Source of the DNA: Takakia lepidozioides
Lineage: Eukaryota; Plantae; Bryophyta
DNA: 64,000 bases
Assembly (NCBI GenBank): GCA_030704615.1
Contig: CM060731.1
Coordinates: forward strand, 95,108,001-95,172,000
Direction: 5' to 3'
How positions within the stretch are numbered: the stretch's first letter is position 1; every line of letters starts with the position of its first letter. Positions 1 through 11,529 of the stretch are shown here, piece by piece. A model generated the notes under the pieces. The model had not been told where the DNA came from and ran no database searches. It worked only from the letters and a program-made list of their open reading frames with translations. Made by a program: the position numbers and the translations under genes.

Positions 1-329
1 CTGCCCGCCCTGACTGTGGCGTAGCCTCCACTTGCTCCGCCATAGCATCCTTGAGAACATCCTCTGAGCAAGAAACATTCTCAATCTCTGCAGAAAACCT
101 TGGCCACCTTGGCCATCTTGGCCTCCAACTGATCCTTAGTGTATGGCTCTCCTCACTCCTCATACTGCAGCTTGAGAGATCTAACGACTCTCTCTTTGCG
201 CATCTCATTCCACATCTGCCATAGGTGTTTGCACCCCACGATCCTGTGCTCGCCCATACTCACTGCCTCAACCGTCCCGGTTGGCAGAGAGCGTGCAATA
301 TCCAATGGAAGTGTAGAAGTAGCCACCAA

Positions 330-930
330 TGCTTGCAATCTCCGTTGCTCAAGCAATTTAGATCCATTGCTTGACCCAACACCTGCCGGCGTGATGCCTC
401 TGATAGAGCTGACACAACTGTAGTGCCCATGGCAAACCCCATTGCCCGCTCTCGCTCATCCACATTGGGCTCCACCAATTGCTGTAGCACACTGTCCCAA
501 ATCAACCCAGGACCATTGTCTTGAAAAACATAGGCAAGGCCGCACGTGGCTGCCCCACTCAATTGACCATCACCAAAAGTGGACAGTCATCATGTCGCAC
601 CCTCTGCGGCGGCCTCATTGGTCCAAAATGCCCTCAACCGTGAGATTGGGTGGCTGTTGAATGAAATCGTATGCTCTTTTGAGCAGCTCTGGTGGTACAA
701 GATTGGTCCACCACAATCGAGGTCGATGCGCGCGTGATCCCACCGCTGCTACATCCAATAACACCGCCAATCCAATCCAAGACCACATCTCATGCACACC
801 GGCCATAACCCTGGCCCGAGAATCCATCATAAGAGGAACATTGTCCAAGATGTAAGCTGAGAGGTCGCACTTGCCTTATCTGTAGATCTCGCAATACTTC
901 AACATCTCCCAAAACAAATGTGACCTTGCA
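330..930 (-). pseudogene. C5-cytosine DNA methyltransferase fragment (DNMT3-like motifs VI-X), probably from a retrotransposon
   Basis: Minus-strand frames read RSHLFWEM..AYILDNVP (motif VI, ENV to DNV), LDVAAVGSRAHRPRLWWTN (motif VIII), EPNVDERERAMGF..GTT (motif IX) and RRQVLGQAMDLNCL (motif X). No introns, frameshifted, and the PCQ motif is not visible. Confidence 0.7.
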
Positions 931-1940
931 TATGCAAGCCAAATGTTTTCCATAGATTCTTCCACATTTTATTACTGTTGATCCGGATTTATCATGTGAG
1001 TAAGACTTTTTTATTTCGGTGTACCGTTTCGATTTTGAATACCTTTCAGTTCGCCCTCCTTTGTATTCATGACTTTATATCCGTCACGGCTGCTCTTTTG
1101 CAGAAGTCCATTGGATTCGAGACCGACATTTTTTTTTTGCGAAACAAAGTCCGAGTCTCTATTCTTACAAGCTACGCGGAGGCATTTGCAAAAACATATC
1201 TTCGTGCGACTGACACCCAGTCTTCCAATGCGGGCCCTATGTGTAGATGTTCTAGTTTCAGGGCTAGGGTGTATGTGGATGACAATGCCTTTGTATCGGG
1301 GATAGCAGACTAATTGACAATATCGTGCTTGGTAATGACATTTCATGGATACTTGTGGTAACTAATATATATCATTTGCATTGTCTAATGTATGTCATCC
1401 GACTTTGATGTTGACGTTTAATGAATTTGGAATCATGCAAATTCGCTTGAAAGCTAAATTTTGATTCATTGCTTCATAATATTTTTATTATTTGATTTAA
1501 TTTAAATGCAACATTATATTAAGTTTTGTCCGGATTTAAACCAAAAGTCTGGAATTAGTTAAATTTGAGTTAAAAGCTCGTGGAGGCTCAACTACAAGAA
1601 GATGAGCCTTCCTAAGCCTCACGTAGAGATCTTAGCCTCTCCCCGTCCCAAGTGAGGTTCGCCACCTCATTTGTCACATGGAACTAAATGAAGTTCCAAT
1701 ACCAACAAAATACAAATATAAATGTATAAAGTCCTAATTAGCTAGAAATAACTATTTCTACTAACCATGACTAAACCATGACAAGACGTTGTTTGTCGTC
1801 ACGCCCAGTTTGGACGTAACAAAAGGGACCATAAACTACCTTTGTGAGGGGCTTGCCCTGGTAGAGTGACTTGCTTTGATATAAATAATTAGTTCTGTCG
1901 GAGCAGTAGAAAAGAGAAGAGTAGGAAAGGGAGGAATGAT

Positions 1941-2215
1941 TAGAGAGACCAGCAACAAAGTCTTTTCACCCTCTACTGCTCATTTCTCCCTCCCTCCCTT
2001 CCTTCTCTCTCCCTCCTTGTCTGCTTGGAAAGAAGAGAGAGCCTAAGAAGGCCAGGGAAAAAAAAAAAATTGAAAAGAGAAGAGCAGGAAATGTGAGGGA
2101 GAGAGACCAACAACAAGGTTTTTTTCACCTCTATTGCTCCTTAATTCTCCCTCCCTCCCTTCCTCCTCTCTCCCTCCTTGTCTCCCCTGAAAGAAGAGAG
2201 AACCTAAGAAGGGAA
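1941..2215. repeat. Imperfect ~160-bp tandem duplication in a purine/pyrimidine-skewed region
   Basis: GAGAGACCARCAACAA...CTCCCTCCCTCCCTTCC...AAGAAGAGAGARCCTAAGAAGG occurs at ~1943 and ~2101. Confidence 0.6.
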
Positions 2216-3581
2216 AAAAAAGATAAGAAAAAAAGAACTTAAAACAAATTGTAGCAGCGGCGGAGGGAGGCTGAGCACTCATAAAATAAAAATAGTGCAA
2301 AGAGAAGGAGAGGGAGAGAGAGAGCAGCAACAGGGCCTGTTTATCCTTTGCTGCTCCTCCAGCTCCCTCCCTCCCTCCCTCCCTCCTTTCCTCCTCTCTC
2401 CCTCAGTGTCTCTATGAAAAGAGTATCTGAATATTAGTAGTGAAGAATTGACCCTACTGGATGGAGCTGACCTTGAGGAAGTGTTTTCCAAAGCCATGTC
2501 CAAAACACAGAGACTGTCTGATGAAAATGAAGTAGGTGTAAAACTAAAAACACAGAGTGAGTCTCTTCAAGATAATCAAAACATTTTCTAAACACGTGTG
2601 TTCTCCAACTTTCAAAATCTTGAGGCTGAGCCTAAAGACCTAGCCCTGTTGGGGTCTAATTTTTGGGTTGAGCATCACATACAACAAAATATTGATGCTT
2701 GTGTGAAGGGTTTTTTAAATGACATCTGGAAAGTCCGAACTAATCGTTTATATATCAAGGTACGTCACACTACTCGAGCGAGCGCCGACCCTCATAGTTT
2801 CTGGTCTCTTTTGTTATGCCCAAACCGGGCGCGGGGTCCATGGCCACAAGGCTATGACAAATCATATCTTATGAGTACATTCTCTTTGAAATAAGAACAA
2901 ACTTAAGAAGATAAAAAAAAAATTGAAAACCAATTGCAGCAGAAGATCCAGCAGATCGGCAGTGGCGGTAATGGAGCCGTCTGCCAAGGCGCCTTATGCA
3001 TGAAACATGATGCCCACATTGACTGCATTTTCAGAAGTGGTGGCTTGGGGTGGTGAGCTTTTGGAGGGCAAAGAGTTTTGACCAGGGCCAAGTTGATTCT
3101 TGGGGGTGGAGCACAACAACAAACAGTGTTTAATGGATGCCTAGTTGATAGCAGCATTTACATATGAGTGCATCTTGAAATTGAAGCCAAGCTCCAATCT
3201 TCATTATTCTGTTGGCGACTTGCCAAAGAAATGTCGCACATTGTTTGGTCGAGGATGCTGAATCCTGAGCATGCAGACGTGGCCCGGCTCACGTGAGCCC
3301 ACCTTTCGAAAGCAATACCTGTAACCGCGGGCACTACGTCTTATAGCCGCACGTGGAAATTCGCATAGATTGGACCCAAAAACCTTGCCATGACACACCG
3401 AGTCACATAAAGAATAGAACTGGGGTCTGGCATATAGTCAAAGCACTGATAATAAAAGACACATAACCCTAGAGTGCGAGAAAGAAAAGATGTATTCAGA
3501 CAACCCCCGAGAGCAAAATGACAATATGTAGAATAAAAATTGTATTTTTGGCATTACATTCTATGTTCAACCAGATGAGGC

Positions 3582-3850
3582 CAGTGATTTTTTTCTTAAA
3601 TTTGAAAAATAGCATGAGTGGCTACAAGAAATAGCTATATATTCTGTTCATCCATTGAAAATTTGGATAGAATCATCCTCCTATGTACTTTCATCCATTT
3701 ATATCATCCACATTTGGCGAATTCATCCATTATTATTATTTTCCTTGTAGAAGTTTGGCGATTTCATCCATGAAAAAATTGGGGAATTTACGACAGAATA
3801 TTCCATTTTAATGTTTTGAGGTCGATTTTCCGCCAAAAAAAAAAACACTG
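3582..3850. mobile_element. hAT-type MITE (269 bp)
   Basis: Termini CAGTGATTTTTTT and AAAAAAACACTG; exact 8-bp TSD GATGAGGC at 3574-3581 and 3851-3858; internal TCATCCAT repeats. Confidence 0.85.
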
Positions 3851-4029
3851 GATGAGGCTATCAGCAGAGCCAAAACTGGATGAATATCTAGAAACGGAGG
3901 GAACATCCTGCACAAAAATCCTACCCGCTCTACGGGATTGTCTAAATCTATGCACAAAATGCGATGGAGAAGGCAGTGGCAAATGCACTTCTGCCTGACC
4001 CCCCCTTTCGATGGCAACGACTCTTCATA

Positions 4030-4560
4030 GATCTATTCTGATTTGCTAATGGAGGGTGTGAAAGCCTTGGATGCAGCTTTAATCCGATGCTCTCAAGATA
4101 AGCAAGTAGCTCTTATTTCTCAACTCAACTCTGCAAGGGGATGGCAAGGACCTCTCTGCTTTGGATACACGGATTTTGGCACTACCTGGTCACACGAGCT
4201 CCTAGCACGGTGGAGACTCCCCTGACCTGCGGGCTTCCCCGATGGAAGGAGATGACAACATCATCAACTGGTGTCATCGGAAGAATCGCAGTTCAAAACT
4301 TAAAGCTCATCTTAACTTCGAGTTGCTTCGGTGCAAGGCTCAAACGGTAGATTTGCTAGTGCTCTTCTCTGCTGTTAGGGTCCGCAGCTCTCAATTCTGG
4401 ACTTGTGCTTCCGGATCCTTGTTTGCTCTGTTATCTACTCGGGACCTCTGGGCGGCACTGTCATCACTTGTAATGGGCCCTCATGACTTCTGAGGTTATT
4501 TTTTTATTATCCTTCAATGCAATTCTGGGGTTTCGGTCCCCTTTAAAAACAAAAACAAAA
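4030..4560 (+). mobile_element. Possible 5'-truncated LINE 3' end
   Basis: Broken ORF-like sequence ending in the A-rich tail TTTAAAAACAAAAACAAAA. No diagnostic RT motif or TSD seen. Confidence 0.25.
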
Positions 4561-5210
4561 TTGAGCATATAAGTTTGCCAGCTAGGTGTTGAGAGTTCCC
4601 CATGCTTGCCAATACCCAGTTCTGGTACATTCTAGGATTATAGAATTACATCTCAGTGTCTGCAAGGATCTCCATCATGATCGAACCACAGGTGAAGTAA
4701 CTAGGAAATTTGGACGAGGACAACCAAGTATGTTGAGACCTAAGGAGGTTGTGCCAGGAGTACCACAACAAAAAGTCAAATGTCTTATTTTATCGGGCAA
4801 CAAGATTACTACAATGGTCTCCTTCTTGAGCTGTCGACATTGTCTCTGTAATGGAAGTCAACAAGTTCAATTTTACCCACCTCAATAGTTGTGGGTTAAC
4901 TTACAAAAATCTAGGGCTGTTGAATTCAGAAATCCTTAATAATGGGTTGAATGAATGCGGACAAGAATTAAACTTCCCTTCTCTAACAGCCAATACACTT
5001 TTCTAATCAATTATTCTACCAATTATCAATTATTATACAGTGGTCCCAAAAAAAAGCAGACAGATAGCTGGGCCTGGTGGTATTGCACTCTGCGCTTGCT
5101 TGATTGTGCTATTGTTAACCCTGGCTGCTTGTTCAATAGGATATCCCTGCATTTCTCCATCCAGAGCTGAAGAACAACGGAGGATGACCATTAGCAAAAG
5201 AAGTACCAAT

Positions 5211-7170
5211 TTAGGGCACCCTATCAAAAGGTTGTGTATCGTGATAACACGTATTCCACACCGCGTACGCGGCTGTTGCAGCCTGGCTTTTGGAGCAATT
5301 TGGATTCATGGCCACACTAATCTGAGCCCTCCTTTTTACACAAACCTGCTACCCACACCCAACCCAGCATGACCAGCTTTACTCTCACTTACTCTTCTGA
5401 CTCCCAAATCTGGAATGTAGCAACTGCCCACACAGGTTCTCAAAATGCACAGAACATATAGGCTTACACGCCAAAGAGATGACATACCTGATGCTGCTTT
5501 TGGATTCCAAAATTGCCGCGATTCAGCTCTTGCTTCCAATGACAATCCCCACTCAAGTTAGCTGCTCGTATCTGCCATACCCCAAAAATCTCTACACAGA
5601 TCACGTTTCTTGTTCAATGTCATGTCAAAAACTCTCTGCATATTAGGCAATTTGGCCTCAAGCTACCATCAAGCAACTACCCTGAGCAGCACTGGAATGG
5701 TCATAACTGATGGCTGCACACTAAGACTAAGGTAGCAACATAACAGACTGAGAAACCTTCTGCAAGCTGCAAAAGCCTAAACAGATCCAGCAACCAACAG
5801 GTCACTCACACTCAATGCCACCTCTCCAGCAAACCTAACAGAAAAAGTAAACCACACTGAGTACCATGACCTTTCTTGAAAACTATCCATTCAAGCATGT
5901 TCCTAATAGACATCACAATCGGTGTTACACTGTAATAAGTGCAAACCACTGACCAGAGATATACGTCCATATCTACTATTGAGAAAGTGGTGACTTCTAG
6001 ATAACATTCCCACACTTTGTCTTACACATCAATTAGATGAACCCCTTAAGAAGCATGATTGATTCGTCTTTGACCTGTCTTCACAAAAGCTAGCAAAGCC
6101 TGGGCAAAAGAGGCACACCTCACTGCAAGCATGGTGCTCACAATTGGTCCAATCTAAGTTTGCAGCACGGCAATGGTCGTAAGCATGCAACAGCTCATGG
6201 GTCATAGCCACGTCCACTTCATCCTGCATCATCAAATGGTTGCTGCAGATCACCACCTGCAAAGTATAGAACCCATCAATATACTGCACCTTGCACTTAA
6301 TTTACCCCTGCACATACAAAGTGCTGGTACGGAAATCCAGTTATAGGTGGAGCTCAAGCATAGTCTACCCATATGTCCACAACATCATGAAAGAGGGTAG
6401 AAATAGTACAGAAAAGACCTGACCCCATCATCCCGCTTGAAGCCACCACCAACTTGCATATCACATACTTCAGATTTGAAGAATTGATCTGCTACAGGAC
6501 AGCCTGCCTTCTCAAGAGCCTCTCGCATGAACTTCACCATAGGATCTGCATTACAAATATCACACTTTCCCTTACACTCTTTGTGCTTGGCGCCTTGAGG
6601 CAGAGGGCGGAAGGTCACTACACATCAGACAGCCCTTAGATAACATGAAAAGAATTCTAAAAGAACGGTAGAATCTCATCAGCCTGGGTCGGAAAGCCTG
6701 AAGCCCTACACCTAGACCTCAGGCAGTAACAACCAAGCTACTCCACGAAGACAACTTAATAAATTTATTGCAACCACACCACCCTTGTGTAAGCATCAAT
6801 ACAGCCACCACATAGCCCATGACTGAACGTGTAGGGGAAGGCCTGAGTGGAGGGCCTTCCCCAACGTGAAAACCCGACCTAGCGGGGCCTTACAACGTGA
6901 AAACCTAACCTAGCAGGGCCTTAAAAATTTGTAAGATACCTGCCAGCCTAGCAGGACCTTACAACTCCCGTAAGGTACCTCCAAATACAAAGGAAAAATT
7001 AGGTCAGTTCTTACGTCAATAAATCAATCCCCCAGCAACCCACAATTCGGTACGGGGATAGCAAGGGCGTACTAACTGCGAGAGAGGGAGTGCCGGATCA
7101 TCTGTTGGCAGCGCTCTGGCGTCGTGCCGTAAGGCACATTTGCAGGCGTGCTCTGGCCCGCTTCCTCCAT
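5211..7170 (-). CDS. ATP23: Mitochondrial inner membrane protease ATP23 (peptidase M76), 5 exons, 190 aa
   Basis: Exons 7170-7077, 6545-6424, 6256-6119, 5571-5488 and 5345-5211 with GT-AG introns join in frame (573 nt). Motifs [45 protein letters not shown] (HExxH) and CYHDTQPFDRVP*. Confidence 0.95.
6852..6966. repeat. Short ~30-bp tandem repeats in ATP23 intron 1
   Basis: GGGCCTT(A/C)CAACGTGAAAACC..ACCTAGC and CCTAGCAGGRCCTTA units, 3-4 copies. Confidence 0.5.
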
Positions 7171-7430
7171 CCCCCTGCGCAGACTCACTGTATTGCAGAA
7201 TTGTTGTAGGGCTGAGTACCTACCCGTGATCGACCCAGAAACGATTCAGGGATTGGACGAGAAACGCTTGAGAGAGTTTCCAAGATGTACTGTTGCAACT
7301 ATAAAGGTTGGTGGAACGGTGACGGATGTCGGGTACAGGACGGCGGAGCTGGCGTGCCACTTGGCTTCTCCACCGTATTGTATTGACCTTTACAGCTGTA
7401 CTTTTATATCCATGCAGCGCACCACACTCT

Positions 7431-8260
7431 GGGGGCACTTTACACTACTGACCAAGACCAGCAAATCGTGGGACCAAGAAGTGCCACTCTTGGGCTGGTC
7501 TTCCTTTTCCTTGGTCTGGACCAGTGTTGGCCGGTTATAGGAATTTTACATATCCGCCGGTTAAGGTTACTTCAATATTTTTGGGATGGACACACTCTAT
7601 GGTTATGTATAAGTATAAATTTTTTATTTTAGTATATCCATCGGTTATCTATTCTATAAAATTCTTCAAATTTAGACGGTTATGAATAAGACGCTTAGAG
7701 GTGTCTTAAAATTGGCGAATATATATGCAATTGGCGTTACATATAATATATTGAATGGGCACTCCTCAATGATTTTTGTTAAAAATAATCAAATTCTCAC
7801 ATGACATCCAAATGAAGATGAGAACCTTTAATAAAGATGAGTAATAGATAGGTAATGCTAGAATGCTCTAAGTACATACATGAGACACTGACAAATAAAA
7901 TGATTAAAGTAAGAAAGGAAAAAAGCCAAAGAGGGAAGTTGGCTTACATTTAACGTAGCAATAAGTTATACATACTGAGCCCACCTCTTGCAAAAGTTGC
8001 CAATAGTAAGGCATGCAGGCAATCAATGCAGTTGCGTTGTGTGAGGAGACGTGTCCTATACTTAACCGTTCTAGGGGTGGTCAAAATGCCTTAGTAATCC
8101 GGGTATAGAGTGTAGTGCTAACCTTAATATAGGGTACATATACATACTCACCTCCCAACCATCGTCCCTAATGTAAAGCCCTTGGGACCAATTTTCGGCC
8201 CTTGACCAATAAGAATGCTCCATTTCCGCTTGGTCTTGGTCCTTAGTGTAAAGTGGCCCT
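7431..8260. mobile_element. Non-autonomous TIR element (Harbinger/Tourist-like) in the ATP23/oxidoreductase divergent promoter
   Basis: Left end GGGGGCACTTTACACTACTGACCAAGACCA matches the reverse complement of the right end, AGGGCCACTTTACACTAAGGACCAAGACCA. AT-rich interior; TSD not resolved. Confidence 0.65.
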
Positions 8261-8430
8261 AACTCTCTCTCTCTCTCATTGGACGTCATGTGTCCCTCCT
8301 TACTCTCAGCGTTATACCCCTCCTTCGTTTCTTTTTCTAGTATCTCGTTTATGTAAGCAAACGTTTCTCGGTCTTAGTCAAGTTACTGCAGCTCTGTGTT
8401 TGACACATTGGAAGCTTGAGGAAAGCGCAG

Positions 8431-9806
8431 ATGGGAGAGGTGAGGATTGCATCCTGGGTTGCGCGGGAAATTGCGCGCAAGCTGGTAAGAGCCATGCTGC
8501 GCACGCCGGGCGTGCGCGTGTCCGCTATAGGCAGCCGGTCTGGCCAAGGCTCAGGCTTTTGCAGCAGCCAACAACCTTCCTCCTGAGGCCAAGAGCTATG
8601 GCAGCTATCAGCGAGTCCTGGATGATGAAGAAGTGGATGCGGTGTACATTCCCCTGCCATCAGGCCTCCATATTGAGTGGGTGCTGAAAGCTGCAGAAAA
8701 GAAGAAACATGTGCTGCTGGAAAAACCTCCAGCACTGTCTGTAGCAGAGATGGATGTGATGCTTACCGCAATCAAAAAGCACGGTTTGCAGTTCGATGGT
8801 ACAATGTGGATGCATCATCCCAGAACTGCGCAAATGCACCAAGTCATCCACAACTCTGACCTTCTAGGTGACCTTGTGCAGGTAATGTACAGCCTGTCTG
8901 TGGTGGCATGGTCATAGACCCTGTCGTCTCTGTTTGAAATGTAATCTTTTCGGGTTTGGGGCCACTGTGCAAAGGATGTAACAAAGGTGTACGTACTCTG
9001 AACAGATTGCAAGCTGCTAATATGCCCCCCTTTGTTGAACCACCTTTCTATCGAACCTTTTCCCTTTAGCCATGCCAATTGTTCTTCCATCCCAGCTTCA
9101 GCGGGGGTCATCAATTCTGTTGGTAAGCTTGTCACTAGACTCGGCCACGCGTCTGAGGTAGATATGCCTGTCGTTGTGGGTGGCAGGTGGACTCGATGTT
9201 CCACTACAATGGGGAGCGCGCAGTTGACTGGTCACAGGATGTACGCATGCAGCCTCAATTGGATGGGCTGGGAGCTCTGGGAGACATAGGATGGTATTGC
9301 AGTCGTGCCATCTTGTGGGCATTCGACTTTGCGATGCCTGAGACAGTGACAGCGCAACCCGGCTCCAAGGTAGACAAAGCTGGCGCGATTACCAGTTGCG
9401 GTGCAACGTACGTATGGAGTGATGGACGCACTGCCACATTTACTTGCTCATTTCATGCAACGTTGTGATGAAGATAACTGTTATTGGAACCAAAGGAAGC
9501 ATGGAGCTGGACGACTTTGTGATACCTGTCAGAGAAGATGTGGCTTCGTTTAAAGTTGTGAGGGATAGTGGGTTTGCAGATAGGGCAACAGGCTTGACGG
9601 CCACCACAGAGATTCATGAAGTGAAAACAGAGCTGCCGCAAGAAGCTCTGATGGTGCAGGAATTTGCAAGGTTTGTGACTGGGATCCGTGATGGCACTGG
9701 AAAACCAGACTCCACATGGCCTACCATTTCCAAAAAGACTCAAATGCTTTTGAATGCTGTGAAGTCATCCATCGAAGGTCATGGCTTTCCTACCATCACT
9801 CTGTGA
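8431..9806 (+). pseudogene. Gfo/Idh/MocA-family NAD(P)-dependent oxidoreductase, 2 exons, with several indels
   Basis: Exons 8431-8881 and 9187-9806 (GT-AG). Motifs EIARKLVRAM, DAVYIPLPSGLHIEW, KKHVLLEKP, DGTMWMHHPR, LDGLGALGDIGWYC and LPQEALMVQEF. Frameshifts near 8450/8467, ~8540 and ~9465. Confidence 0.85.
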
Positions 9807-11529
9807 TTTTTCTAGCCTCTCAAACTGCAATAAAGTGAGCAGGTACCGTTCAAGAGCAGAGAAGAGACAAGAAGAGACTTGTCCCAAGCCTGATATGAAG
9901 GTGATTTCAGAAAATTGGACATCTGAAAACCATGGGAAACTTGGAATCCTGGTATGATGCTGCTTGCACTGACACTGCAAGAATCACAGTCACACAAATT
10001 CCCCCTCTGGACGAGGTGGCCAGCTGCAGAGTAGAAGTAAGGATATGAAGCTAGTGAGTGCAAAAGCAGGACTAAGTTATGGTTAATCAAAACAGTCAGA
10101 GGGTCAAAGCCAACAGAGAAGGTGACAACAGTCTACCATGGCAACAGTTGCCTAACAAGAAGATCAAGTAGATTGGACAGGTGAGTTACTTGGAACTGGA
10201 TCAGGTTGATGCCTTTCGAGTACCAATGGCTAAGAAGATGGAAAGAGATGTTGCGAATTGTGCACATATAGGAGGGAGGTCCTGCAGTTCTTAGTCTCTG
10301 GAAAGTTCAAGAAGCTTAGATTCCCATGGAGGAGTGGTGTAGAGGTACTCCATACACACCGGTGCATAGATGACTTGTGTACACAGCAAGCCACTGCACA
10401 TGATCTGTTGATGTAGCTTCAATCAGTGTTGGAACTACACTGTGCAAAAGCTCAGTTTTCACCTGGTTCCATAAAACAAGTGTTATTTCAACCATGAACA
10501 GAATGCAGGGCTTTCAGTAGTTGCAGCAAGATTCCTACTGTACATACAAGGATTTGCGATTCAGGAGCAGTGGTACATTACATTGATGGCATAAATGCCA
10601 TAAATTACGCGCAGAGTGAGTGGGTGCTGAAGACTGTAAAACATGAGCTGCTTGAGAAGCTTCCAGCACACTCTAGCAGAAATGATGGCAATTTTAAGGC
10701 AAGCTTTGCAGTTCATGGATGGGATGTGGATGCATCCGAGAACTACCCAAATGATTCCCAACTCTGGAGTTTTAGGCGATCTCCTTGAGGTGATGTGCAT
10801 ACTGTCTGTGGTTGCATGCTGATAGATAGGGGTCCTCTCTGGTTTCCAATGCCCGACACACAGGAATCAAACAATTCTTTATCTCATAGTGCATGGAATG
10901 ATTTATAGGCCCCACGTGGAAGTTTCCTTGCACCCAGGATGGAATCTTGTTGTTCTGCCTTTTGACCAGCTTGAATGTTGCTAACTGGAAAGAAAGATGT
11001 TAGTACCATCCTGAAAAGAGGCACAAATAGATATGCTTCGTGCTACCGTGATCACATATATCTGAGAATGAATACAGGTATCCTTTACTTTGGAGGAAAC
11101 TTAATGGAACTATGCCATGGCAAGCCAACCATCACAGACATAGTTTAGACCACTCTGACAGACTAGTAATTTGTGCTGGATGACAGCTTTCATGCACACA
11201 ATCACTGGCTTCAATTTCCTAGCTTTTCTGAAATGAGTTCTGTAACATCATCCATGGCATGATGGAGAGCATAGTCTGCAAAAGAAGTTGAAGTTTACAG
11301 CTTTTCTGCTAGGTGAGTGCTCCGGGCAGTAATGTCCAATCAACCCCACTAGAACAAAACAAATCATCAATTTACACGCGACATCTTTACATTATACAGA
11401 GAAGGCAGGTATTGAGCAGCTGAATACCTTTATATCTACCGTAGCCATTGTCTACTTCATGCTACTGCTGCTCGTGTATGCCACTGTTACTCTTCTCATC
11501 ATGAAAGATGCCACTAGTAGCCTTTGAAC

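Noticed and set aside
4586-4950. Possible piggyBac-like Cys-rich C-terminal remnant
   Set aside because: Cys spacing cannot be recovered in one frame and no TTAA-bounded end was found.
10100-10800. Possible gene remnant between the oxidoreductase and CDC7
   Set aside because: Short ORFs with no motif I can recognise and no consistent splice structure.
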